Origin: a virus
Taxonomy: Duplodnaviria > Caudoviricetes
Virus record (IMG/VR): IMGVR_UViG_3300033475_000130
Location: 1 to 27,325 of that record
Direction: 5' to 3' (one strand)
Length of the DNA: 27,325 nt
The notes under the pieces were generated by a model. That model made no database searches. It was not told the origin of the DNA and saw nothing but the letters and a program-made list of their open reading frames with translations. This document shows positions 16,247 to 24,718 of this stretch, in pieces. Position 1 is the stretch's first letter. Each line of letters opens with the position of its first letter. A program made the translations under genes and the position numbers.

Positions 16247-16572
16247 ATTCGCTCGATCGTCTTCGATCTGCCAGGGAGCAGCTGGAGAGTGCGGTGGAAT
16301 TCGTCGCGCTGATCAGCCGTCCGATCGCCGAAGGGGAGCGCGTGCCGTGTCACAGCCTCCAGACCCCCGAAGTGACGATCAGCATAGTCGCGCAGGAGTG
16401 GCACGGGACGCGGCAGAAGATCTTCAACTGCCATGCACTCGATACAGCGCTGGCGGAAGTGATCAAGGAGCGGTTCTCAGAGCTCTCCCAGGCGGCGATC
16501 GCGCGCATGGAGGCGTGCGTGGAGCAGCGCAAGCTCGATGCCTATGCCGAGTTGCAGGAGCTCGCCCCGTGA
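16243..16572 (+). CDS. Hypothetical phage protein
   Basis: MNSLDRLRSAREQLE...; ATGA overlap. Confidence 0.6.
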   Translation: MNSLDRLRSAREQLESAVEFVALISRPIAEGERVPCHSLQTPEVTISIVAQEWHGTRQKIFNCHALDTALAEVIKERFSELSQAAIARMEACVEQRKLDAYAELQELAP

Positions 16573-16733
16573 GCGCCCAGGGTGCGATCTATCACCTCGC
16601 TATCGGCGCAGTTCTGGCGGTGGGCTTTTGGTGCGGCCTCCGGCCGATTATCCGGACCCTCGCCTATGACGCGGCTGCCGTGGCGATCCTGGAAAGCATT
16701 GCCGGCCCGAATACTCCAGGAGAGGACCGGTGA
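16569..16733 (+). CDS. Small membrane protein
   Basis: GTG start, AIYHLAIGAVLAVGFWCGL; GTGA overlaps. Confidence 0.5.
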   Translation: MSAQGAIYHLAIGAVLAVGFWCGLRPIIRTLAYDAAAVAILESIAGPNTPGEDR

Positions 16734-16915
16734 GCGGCCAAACCAACCCCAGCGGGCCGACAGAATCGCATCCCACAGCGATGCACCAGCAGGCGACCGG
16801 TCGGCACGACGAAGACACCAAATGCCTGCGCCCGGGACATGACCTGACCTGGGGACGCATCACACGCGGCACGATCCTTGAGGGCGTGCCCTACGATTGG
16901 AGGCTCTCGCTATGA
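16730..16915 (+). CDS. Hypothetical protein
   Basis: GGAGAGG RBS, coupled overlaps. Confidence 0.45.
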   Translation: MSGQTNPSGPTESHPTAMHQQATGRHDEDTKCLRPGHDLTWGRITRGTILEGVPYDWRLSL

Positions 16916-17244
16916 CGATCGAGACCGCGCTCCCAGCGCCGAATGGCCTCTCCAGCGCCTGGCAGGCCTCTTCTCCTCCGAACTACTGGAAGGCTGTCGA
17001 TGCCGAGATCCGGATGCGGAAGGGTGCGGGCGAGCCTGGTGCGCTTTGGCTCGAGGAGCTGGCGCCGGTCTACTGCGCCGGCATGTCGCCTGAGGTGGCT
17101 GCCGCGCGCATCCTCCAGCGCCGCGGACATCGCGCCAAGCCTGAACGGACCGGCCGCCGGCGCCGTGGACCGATCAAGGTGCTGATCGACCTCTGGCGCG
17201 AATGGGACTTCCGCCGCTCGCTCCGCGCAACGGGGAGGGCGTGA
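16912..17244 (+). CDS. Hypothetical phage protein
   Basis: MTIETALP...; ATGA/TGATG coupling. Confidence 0.55.
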   Translation: MTIETALPAPNGLSSAWQASSPPNYWKAVDAEIRMRKGAGEPGALWLEELAPVYCAGMSPEVAAARILQRRGHRAKPERTGRRRRGPIKVLIDLWREWDFRRSLRATGRA

Positions 17245-18002
17245 TGGACTCCATCGAGAGCCTTTCGCCCAGCGTCGAGGAACGCAAAGTCGCCTTTGAG
17301 GCCGTCCTACCCGCCGTCGCTGTGCGCGCGGTCTCCCTGTTCACCGATTCGGAATCCTTTCGGGTGAATCTTAAGGGTATCTATGTAGAGCCCTGCGAGG
17401 AAGGCGCCGTGATCGTCGCTACCGACGGGCATGTGCTTTTCGCCGTCTACGACGAGCTGGCCTTCGCCAGCTGCGCTGGTGTGATCGATCTCTCGCTTTC
17501 GATGCTCAGGGCAATGGGGAAGGGGACAAAGGAAACTCTGGTTGTATCGGGTCTCAAAGCCTCTCTCCTCAGCTTGCCCTGGAACCCGCGAGACGAAGCC
17601 TCAAATCGCGAGCTGCTGGAAATGGCGACAAACCCCGGCAGCCTGGTCACGAACCATCAGTGGTCCGGAGCATGCACCGATCTTCCATATCCTGATTGGA
17701 GGAAGGTACTTCGTCCGCTGGCATCCGAGCGGTCAACCTCGGCGCACTTCAATCCAAAGCTGTTGGCGAAGCTCGGCAACGCCTTTCAGATATTGAGCGA
17801 CGGCAGGCCTCCTACCATCACGATGGCGCCGATGGAGGGCGCCGACCCGTCAATGTCGCCGCACTATGCCTTCGGTGGGCGCGAACAAGCGATCGGCGTG
17901 GTTATGCCCATGCGGATTCACACCAGTCCGACTGTGCCGAGCTGGCTACTCGCGCCAGCGCCTGTTGCCGCTGTCCCCAGCGCTGAGGAGGTGCGGTCAT
18001 GA
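17244..18002 (+). CDS. DNA polymerase III beta-clamp-like protein (truncated, divergent)
   Basis: RVNLKGIYVE..VIVATDGHVL..YPDWRKVL..HFNPKLL..GVVMPMR, recalling DnaN domains II-III. Confidence 0.65.
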   Translation: MDSIESLSPSVEERKVAFEAVLPAVAVRAVSLFTDSESFRVNLKGIYVEPCEEGAVIVATDGHVLFAVYDELAFASCAGVIDLSLSMLRAMGKGTKETLVVSGLKASLLSLPWNPRDEASNRELLEMATNPGSLVTNHQWSGACTDLPYPDWRKVLRPLASERSTSAHFNPKLLAKLGNAFQILSDGRPPTITMAPMEGADPSMSPHYAFGGREQAIGVVMPMRIHTSPTVPSWLLAPAPVAAVPSAEEVRS

Positions 18003-18817
18003 CGGAGGCCGCCACTGGCGCAGTGAATGATCGGCGAGAAGATCGATGTGGGTCCATGAACCGGCGCCCCAGCGTTAAGCCCCCGCTCGCCTACGAGGTG
18101 AGCGACGGCGACGAGCAGATGGTGATCATCTTTGCCAGCACGAACGCCGCTGCGCGTCGGCTCGGTGCGAAAGAAATGGACATCGATTTTGACGAGGTCG
18201 ATTCCTGCCGGCGCCGCAGCCAGTATGACCAATATTCACCAGGGCCCGTTCCTCCGCTCGTCCTCATCGACAATGGCTGGTGGTTTGAGTGCCACGGGTG
18301 CGGCCGCAAGATCTGTGCGGATCCATGGGACGAAGAGAACGAGACCGACGTTGGCCCTGAGAACGCGGTGCAAGCGCCAGGTAGTGGTCTCTACTGCTCT
18401 GAGGTCTGCAAGGCCGACAGCGACCAACAGAAGGCTGAGTGTAAGGCCGTAGAGGCCGCTGGCGTCGCTGCGATGGTCCGCTATCTCATGTCCGGCACGC
18501 CCATAGCTAGGGTCGAACGGACCCACGGCTTCGCCAGCTACAGCTCGCGCCATGGCCGGATTGAGCTTCAGCGGGTGGTGGTTGATTTCTCTCTGCCTGG
18601 AATCCCCCAAGCCGGATCGGTGCGGTACGAGAAAGACTACAGCGGGTTGCCGAGCAAGGTGGCAAAGGCTCACGCGCAGATCTACCTCACCCGCGCGTCA
18701 CTGCCGGTCTTCGAAGACTACCATGTGCGTCGTTATATCGAAGAGGGCTGGGACCGGTGGGACGATGACGGTGGGGCGCTGCACTCGCAAAGCGAGCGCC
18801 AATGGGCCGCAGCATGA
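17999..18817 (+). CDS. Conserved phage protein with Cys motifs
   Basis: IFASTNAAARRLGA..SCRRRSQYDQY..GWWFECHGCG..YCSEVC. Confidence 0.65.
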   Translation: MTEAATGAVNDRREDRCGSMNRRPSVKPPLAYEVSDGDEQMVIIFASTNAAARRLGAKEMDIDFDEVDSCRRRSQYDQYSPGPVPPLVLIDNGWWFECHGCGRKICADPWDEENETDVGPENAVQAPGSGLYCSEVCKADSDQQKAECKAVEAAGVAAMVRYLMSGTPIARVERTHGFASYSSRHGRIELQRVVVDFSLPGIPQAGSVRYEKDYSGLPSKVAKAHAQIYLTRASLPVFEDYHVRRYIEEGWDRWDDDGGALHSQSERQWAAA

Positions 18818-20652
18818 CGCCAAACCCGCTCGATCTTCCAGCCGCGTCGCCGCGGGCGCCCAGAGAGACTCGGGCGAAGCCATCTCGCCGCGCGCGCCGC
18901 GGCGCGCAACTGCGCCGGCAGATCGGCCAGTGGCATCTCGATGACGGCATAACCGTCGTTCTGTTCGCAGGCCTGGGCGGCGCCTGCGAGGGCCTAAATG
19001 ACGCCGGAATCCCCGTGGCTGTGGCGAACAACCACGACGAGGTGGCCCTGGCAGCCCATGCGGCCATGCACCCTCACACCAAGCACATCCGCGGCGATAT
19101 CTTCGATGTCGATCCGATTGTCGCGACCGGAGGCCAGCGGGTGCTTAACCTGTGGGCTTCACCGGACTGTCGAGATCACTCCGTGGCCAAGGGTGGCGCG
19201 CCGAGGTCACCGCGGGTGCGGTCGCTGCCCTGGCAGGTCTGCCGCTGGATGGGCAAGACGGCCCCTCTGGTCGTGTACATCGAGAATGTCCGTGAGATCC
19301 GTGGCTGGGGTCCGTTGATCGCGAAGCGGTGCCTGAAGACCGGACGAGTGATCAAGATCGACGGTACGGTTGCGGCCAAGGGCGAGCGCGTGCCGGTGCG
19401 AGAGCAGCAGCTCGTGCGCGACCCCCAGCGGATCGGGCGCAGCTATCGCGCCTGGGTGCGGCACATGCGGGGGCTGGGATACGCCTATGACAGCCGCGAC
19501 CTGTGCTGCGCCGATTACGGGGTGCCGACCACGCGGCGGCGGTTCTTCGCTGTCGCCAGGCGCGATGGAGTTCCAATCGCCTTTCCGGCGCGCACCCATG
19601 CCCCCGCGCATGAGGCTGCGGCGCTTGGGCTGCTGCCTTGGGTGCCAGCGTGGACGATCATTGACTGGTCTCTGGTTATCCCCAGCATCTTCGACCGCGC
19701 GAAGCCTCTGGTGCACGCGACAGAGAGGCGGATCGCCGCCGGCCTCCGGCGCTATGTGCTGGAGAGTGCCGCGCCGTTCCTTATCCCTATCACCCATAGC
19801 GGCGCGCCGCGTGTCCATGGCTTGGACGAGCCCTTGCGGACGCTGACGACGGCACACCGCGGCGAGATCGCCCTGGTGGCGCCTAGCCTGACGGTCTTCA
19901 ACCAGAATTGCGTGGGGTCGGATATGGATAGCCCGGTACCCACGGCGACGGCAGGCACCGCGCGCGTGGGTATCGTTGCCGCGTCGCTAACGAAGTTCCG
20001 CGCTGGATCTGCCGGGGCTTCTTTGGATGAACCGCTGCCGACGGTTACCGCCAATGGGCACGGCAAGCGTCAGGGCTGCGGCATCCCTCTGGGCGTCGTT
20101 GCCGCCTGGATGGCGCAGCACAACACCGGAATCGTCGGCCATGAGATGGGCGAGCCCCTTTCGACGCTTACGACGAAGGGCGGCCCGCAGCAGGTTGCAG
20201 CGGCGTTTCTCGCCAAGCTGCGCGGCACATCGACCGCGAACGACATCGCGGCCCCGGTCCCCACGCTCTCGGCCGGCGGCACGCACATCGCGGCCGTGGC
20301 TGCGTTCATGGTCAAATACTATGGGGCGGCCGAAGCCGGGCAACGAGCCGATGAGCCACTGCACGCCCTGACGGTTAAGGCCCGGTTCGGCGTCGTCACC
20401 GTGACGATCGGCGGCGAGAGCTACGCGGTGTCCGACATCGGGATGCGAATGCTGCAGCCGCATGAGATGGCAGCGGCTCACGAGCTTCGGTTGCCCGATC
20501 TGATCACCGTCAATGGAATGACGCGCCCGCTGACGAAGACGGAAGCGACGCGCCTCATCGGTAACAGCGTCCCGAAGCGCATGGCCCAGCTGCTAGCCGA
20601 AGCAAATGCGGTCCATGCGCTGCGTGCACCCCAGCGGGAGAGGGCGGCATGA
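18814..20652 (+). CDS. Orphan C5-cytosine DNA methyltransferase
   Basis: Motif I LFAGLGG, catalytic WASPDC, IENV, DYGVPTTRRRFF, C-terminal LIGNSV. Confidence 0.93.
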   Translation: MTPNPLDLPAASPRAPRETRAKPSRRARRGAQLRRQIGQWHLDDGITVVLFAGLGGACEGLNDAGIPVAVANNHDEVALAAHAAMHPHTKHIRGDIFDVDPIVATGGQRVLNLWASPDCRDHSVAKGGAPRSPRVRSLPWQVCRWMGKTAPLVVYIENVREIRGWGPLIAKRCLKTGRVIKIDGTVAAKGERVPVREQQLVRDPQRIGRSYRAWVRHMRGLGYAYDSRDLCCADYGVPTTRRRFFAVARRDGVPIAFPARTHAPAHEAAALGLLPWVPAWTIIDWSLVIPSIFDRAKPLVHATERRIAAGLRRYVLESAAPFLIPITHSGAPRVHGLDEPLRTLTTAHRGEIALVAPSLTVFNQNCVGSDMDSPVPTATAGTARVGIVAASLTKFRAGSAGASLDEPLPTVTANGHGKRQGCGIPLGVVAAWMAQHNTGIVGHEMGEPLSTLTTKGGPQQVAAAFLAKLRGTSTANDIAAPVPTLSAGGTHIAAVAAFMVKYYGAAEAGQRADEPLHALTVKARFGVVTVTIGGESYAVSDIGMRMLQPHEMAAAHELRLPDLITVNGMTRPLTKTEATRLIGNSVPKRMAQLLAEANAVHALRAPQRERAA

Positions 20653-20984
20653 CGGTCTATGTCGACGATGTCCGGCTTCCGTTCGGCCGGATGGTCATGT
20701 GCCATATGTGGGCTGATAGCTTGGACGAGTTGCTCGCGATGGCAGATCGGATCGGGCTTGCTCGAAAGTGGCTGCAGCAGCCCCCGAAAGCCTCCTGGGA
20801 GCATTTCGATATTTCGCTCTCGTTGAAACCGAAAGCGCTGGCCGCCGGCGCTGTGCTGACGGATCGCTTTGGGCCGGTCGAGCATGTCGCCCGCCTTCGT
20901 GGCGACACGCGTCGCCTTGAGCAGATCGCCGAATGTCGCGCGCGCCGTGCAGAGGCCGCGCCCAAGAAGGAGCTCGCCCTATGA
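20649..20984 (+). CDS. DUF4031 family protein
   Basis: MTVYVDD..GRMVMCHMWADSLDELLAMADRIGL..W.Q..HFDI..ALAAGA. Confidence 0.85.
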   Translation: MTVYVDDVRLPFGRMVMCHMWADSLDELLAMADRIGLARKWLQQPPKASWEHFDISLSLKPKALAAGAVLTDRFGPVEHVARLRGDTRRLEQIAECRARRAEAAPKKELAL

Positions 20985-21172
20985 GAGCACACAATGCGGT
21001 CCTTCCTTTGATCCTCGTGGTGGCAACACTTCTCGCCGCGGCGAGTATTGCCTCCTGGCAGACACTCAGGCCGGAGCGCGCAGTCAACCTGCAGGTGATC
21101 GTTGCCGATGTCCCGGCAATCGCCTGCGAGCCGGCTGAGCCTCCTATTAGCCGTCTGGGGTGCGCACCATGA
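20981..21172 (+). CDS. Small membrane/secreted protein
   Basis: AVLPLILVVATLLAAASIAS; AAGGAG RBS; ATGA overlaps. Confidence 0.5.
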   Translation: MRAHNAVLPLILVVATLLAAASIASWQTLRPERAVNLQVIVADVPAIACEPAEPPISRLGCAP

Positions 21173-21456
21173 ACGAGAAATCCCCTAGCGGCATAAGTGC
21201 CATGCCGATCGACCGAGCCATACAGATCAACGGGCTGCTGCTAGACGCTTGGATGATCCGCGAGGGGGTTCGGGAAGGCAGGGCGCCGGGATTCCTAGGC
21301 GTGACCTTGGCAGATTGCCTCAAGGCAACCCGCACCATCCGCGGCATCGGCCCCACGCGGAACGCTGACGGCCGCGAGACTTATCGGTGCGTCGTAGATG
21401 AGAGCGCGATCGCGCGGCTGTTCGCTTGGGCAGCTCTACGGGAGCAGATGACATGA
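21169..21456 (+). CDS. Hypothetical phage protein
   Basis: ATGA-coupled on both sides. Confidence 0.55.
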   Translation: MNEKSPSGISAMPIDRAIQINGLLLDAWMIREGVREGRAPGFLGVTLADCLKATRTIRGIGPTRNADGRETYRCVVDESAIARLFAWAALREQMT

Positions 21457-21851
21457 AGGCGATAAGCCTGCGCGCGCCCTGGTGGTGGCTCGTCATCTAT
21501 GGCGGGCGGGACATTGAGAACCAGAGCCGCGGAACGAGCTATCGCGGGCCAGTTCTGATCCATGCGTCCAGTTGGTGGAAACCGAACGAGGTCCAGAGAG
21601 CGCTCGATTTCTGCCCAGCGTCCTCGTTCCTGATGAACGGGACGCCGCCCATCTGGCTGCTGCGTCAGCGCGGCGCGCATGTGGTTGGTGTCGTCGACCT
21701 TGTCGACGTCGTCACCGAAAGCGCGAGCCCGTGGTTTCGTGGACGGTTCGGCTACGTGCTCGAGAACCCTCGGCAGCTAGATCCGTATCCGGCGGCCGGA
21801 CGCCTGGGCCTCTTCGAATTGGCGACACCCCGCCAGCTTCAACCCATCTAA
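21453..21851 (+). CDS. ASCH domain protein
   Basis: MKAISLRAPWWWLVIYGGRDIENQSRGTSYRGPVLIHAS..VVGVVDLVD..SPWF.G..GRLGLF. Confidence 0.85.
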   Translation: MKAISLRAPWWWLVIYGGRDIENQSRGTSYRGPVLIHASSWWKPNEVQRALDFCPASSFLMNGTPPIWLLRQRGAHVVGVVDLVDVVTESASPWFRGRFGYVLENPRQLDPYPAAGRLGLFELATPRQLQPI

Positions 21852-21861
21852 GGATCAGTCA

Positions 21862-22242
21862 ATGCTCCGCAAACTCCTGCTCGTGTCGTCTGTCCTTCTT
21901 ACCCTTGCTGGCTGTGACAATGCAGCCGACGTCGCAAGCCGCAACCTATCAACAGCCGCCGATCAGTTTCAGATCAATCGCCGCATCGTCTTCTATAATG
22001 GCATAACCGGGGACTACATCCTCGTCATCGAGGGTCTCTGCTCTCTCGGGAACCAGGACAGCCCCAGGGAGCTCAGCGTGACGTGCAAGACCGGCCCAGA
22101 CACCTACAAGAAGCACTTCTTGGGCCTCAGCGACAACGTCACTTATTTTGCCGAGCAGATCCAAGACGCTCCGGTCTCCACCTACCACTACGAGGTGATC
22201 TTCAAGCCCTCCGTCATCATTCCTGACGTGAGGGTGCCATGA
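21862..22242 (+). CDS. Conserved phage lipoprotein
   Basis: Lipobox LAGC; ADVASRNLSTAADQFQINRRIVFYNGITG..YKKHFLGLSDNVTYFAEQ. Confidence 0.8.
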   Translation: MLRKLLLVSSVLLTLAGCDNAADVASRNLSTAADQFQINRRIVFYNGITGDYILVIEGLCSLGNQDSPRELSVTCKTGPDTYKKHFLGLSDNVTYFAEQIQDAPVSTYHYEVIFKPSVIIPDVRVP

Positions 22243-22472
22243 CCAATGAAAGCGACTTTCCTGATAGTGCTGACCTTGCAGCCGCGCGCCGCATGATCGA
22301 TGAGCTTAAACTCACGGTGGAGGGTCAGAACGCGACTCTGGAAGACTCATCAGCGGCTCTCGCCAGCATCACCAAAGAGCGCGATGCACTGAAGGTGGAT
22401 AACGCGAGGTTAAGGACGGCGCTCAATTCAGCCTATGCCATCCTTAATGCCATCGCGACGAAGGAGGGGTAG
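22239..22472 (+). CDS. Coiled-coil hypothetical protein
   Basis: Heptad-like sequence; ATGA overlap. Confidence 0.55.
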   Translation: MTNESDFPDSADLAAARRMIDELKLTVEGQNATLEDSSAALASITKERDALKVDNARLRTALNSAYAILNAIATKEG

Positions 22473-22802
22473 ATGCTGATCAAAACTATCGGTCCATTCG
22501 GCATTCCGGTTGAAACCGCAGGTCTTCGTCTTTGTCGCATCCTCAGCGGTGATCGTCTGCGCATGTGCGAGCGCGTGAGATTTACTGAGGGTGCGATGGG
22601 AGTCGATACCGTTCTTCGTCGCGCGCAAATTTCTGGGCACGTCGGCAAGGTTGCTGAAGAAAACGGCGACTATTGGGCCGATCTGATCAATGCGGATGGA
22701 GATTGGTTTGAGACAATTCCGCTAGATCGGGGATCGTGGATGGCCCTCAAGAACCACTGGATGCGGTGCAAGGTAGAAAGCACCGACGGCGCCGGGAAAT
22801 GA
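22473..22802 (+). CDS. Hypothetical phage protein
   Basis: AAGGAGG RBS; abuts the previous stop. Confidence 0.6.
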   Translation: MLIKTIGPFGIPVETAGLRLCRILSGDRLRMCERVRFTEGAMGVDTVLRRAQISGHVGKVAEENGDYWADLINADGDWFETIPLDRGSWMALKNHWMRCKVESTDGAGK

Positions 22803-23146
22803 CAACCCCAGACCGCACGGCGCTGCTGGAGCAGGTGGCGAGACGAATTTTCGCCATTCGATACAACTTTGGTCCATCCGACCTCGAATGGATCACGATA
22901 TGCAACATGAAGGAAATCAATGGGTATAGGCAAATCTTTCAGATTGCCGAATTCGTCCTCTCGCTGGCCGAGGCGACGCGGAGAGAAGACGTGCAGATTG
23001 TGCGCCACGCAAAGGCATCGGGACAGCCCGATAGCCCATGGCAAAATGGTTTCAACGTTGCGCTCGCATGCGTCTCGGCGGACATAGAGAACACGCCCAT
23101 CACGCTCCCGCCCATCGGGGACGCGGACAAGGGGAGGGTTGAGTAG
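22799..23146 (+). CDS. Hypothetical phage protein
   Basis: MTTPDRTALLEQVARRI..WQNGFNVA; ATGA overlap. Confidence 0.55.
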   Translation: MTTPDRTALLEQVARRIFAIRYNFGPSDLEWITICNMKEINGYRQIFQIAEFVLSLAEATRREDVQIVRHAKASGQPDSPWQNGFNVALACVSADIENTPITLPPIGDADKGRVE

Positions 23147-23409
23147 TGGCGCGTGACATTGTGAAAGGGGAATGGCTAACGACTGCCCCTAATCCAAGAA
23201 GTAGCGCGACTGGCGTAAATGCCGGGCAAACTGGATGGAAGCGTCATTTTTTGGAAGTCCCCAGCTCATCAGAGACTTTTGAAAGGCTGGGATTGCGGCG
23301 AGCGATTTGCGGAGTCCGTCCCATGCACGGATGGTCTTCTGATCTGTTCATCGAGGATCGGTGCCAACGCTGTCTAAATCGTGTGGAGAGGGAGACTGAC
23401 CATGACTGA
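23146..23409 (+). CDS. Small Zn-binding-like hypothetical protein
   Basis: WKRH..AICG..RCQRC; GGAGG RBS. Confidence 0.55.
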   Translation: MARDIVKGEWLTTAPNPRSSATGVNAGQTGWKRHFLEVPSSSETFERLGLRRAICGVRPMHGWSSDLFIEDRCQRCLNRVERETDHD

Positions 23410-24154
23410 CGAAGCCGAGGCGCGGGCGCGTGAAGCGTTCGCTGCATTGATTGAGGCTTCTGACGAAGTAGAGCGACTGCGCTCCGTTTCATACAAAGCT
23501 AGAAATGGCAAGAAAATCTCCATCCAAGCCGATGATGGAGAGCGCATCGATCTGGTTCACTCAGATCAAACTCATGACCTAAAGGTAGCAGCAGATTCGG
23601 CGCGCGCGGCACTCGCCGCATGGACCGCACGCGTCCCGTCCGAGGATGCTTGGACGTTCGTCCAGGTGGTCCATGACACATTCAAGCGTGACATCGAGCA
23701 GGGCTTCAAGACGAGGGACAAGAAGTTCGCCATCGATCTTTTGTCGAAAGCCTTGGAAGGAGCCCCGGCCAAGGATGATCGGTCGGATGCGGTAGGAGAG
23801 ATCGCAGTCACCGAAACGAAGCGGGCTATGGCCGATGCTTCCGTGTTTGGGATTGGCTTTTTGTCGATCAAGTTGATCGGATCAGCGCCAGTTATTGAGA
23901 GGGTTCATCCCCGGAGGGTGACCGTCTACGCCGACCGCGCCCGAGCTGCGGATGAGCGGGCGGATGCGCCTACGGACGAGGTGTTGAAATCAGCGCGCGA
24001 GTTCATCGCATCCGAGCGCGAGGACTACATCCAGTGCTGCACGATCAACGGCGATATGACCACGATGGATGATCTCGATCGAAAGGGGCTCGCAGAATAC
24101 GATACCGTTTTGGCCTTGCTCGACGCCGACCGCGACCGCGAGGGGGCGCGGTGA
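23402..24154 (+). CDS. Mosaic hypothetical phage protein
   Basis: MTDEAEARAREAF...; GGAG RBS; coupled to the next gene. Confidence 0.55.
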   Translation: MTDEAEARAREAFAALIEASDEVERLRSVSYKARNGKKISIQADDGERIDLVHSDQTHDLKVAADSARAALAAWTARVPSEDAWTFVQVVHDTFKRDIEQGFKTRDKKFAIDLLSKALEGAPAKDDRSDAVGEIAVTETKRAMADASVFGIGFLSIKLIGSAPVIERVHPRRVTVYADRARAADERADAPTDEVLKSAREFIASEREDYIQCCTINGDMTTMDDLDRKGLAEYDTVLALLDADRDREGAR

Positions 24155-24477
24155 TGGCTGACATGATCAGCGTAACCCAAGAAGCCGTGGACCGCTTCTA
24201 TTGGTCGACCGGACGCTGCTGCGCCGGATGCGACTGGTGGAGGCACTTCAATTCCAGCGTTGGCGAATGTCTTGCCACCCCGCCCGTGTCCGATGCGGAG
24301 CGCTTTGCCATGGTTGGCATAACGGGATGTTCTTTGCCGGAGGGCTCCGGCCATATCGCCACGCTTCGAGATCACCGATGCGGCGCGTTCGTCGACACCT
24401 TCGACTGGTCCACACTTCCGCTCGGGTATCAGAGGCGCATCGGATGGAGTGCAGGGACGGATGGGCGTGATGGGTGA
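24154..24477 (+). CDS. Small Cys-rich protein (CxxC..GxC..C)
   Basis: RCCAGCDWW..SVGECLATPP..DHRCGAF. Confidence 0.65.
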   Translation: MADMISVTQEAVDRFYWSTGRCCAGCDWWRHFNSSVGECLATPPVSDAERFAMVGITGCSLPEGSGHIATLRDHRCGAFVDTFDWSTLPLGYQRRIGWSAGTDGRDG

Positions 24478-24718
24478 GGGGCGCCTTATGCGGCGCGCGC
24501 AACTGCGCGACTATCTCGGGGGAGTGCCCTGGACCGAGGTTGAGGAGCGCATGCGGACCGGGCGCATCCCGGCGCCGCTCTATGGCCTCCCACCGGTCCA
24601 TCCGAACGCGAGGTGGGACCGGAAGGCCGTCGACCGCGCGCTTGATGCAGAATCGGGGATACCCTTGAGCATCGAGCAGGACATCCTGGAGATGGACCGC
24701 GCCATTGGCTACCGGTGA
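24470..24718 (+). CDS. xis: Excisionase/AlpA-like recombination directionality factor
   Basis: RLMRRAQLRDYLG..GRIPAP..ARWDRKAVDRALD; immediately upstream of and overlapping the integrase. Confidence 0.7.
   Translation: MGEGRLMRRAQLRDYLGGVPWTEVEERMRTGRIPAPLYGLPPVHPNARWDRKAVDRALDAESGIPLSIEQDILEMDRAIGYR

Noticed and set aside
8026-20652. Restriction-modification system
   Set aside because: Both methyltransferases are orphans inside phage early operons, with no adjacent endonuclease recognised.
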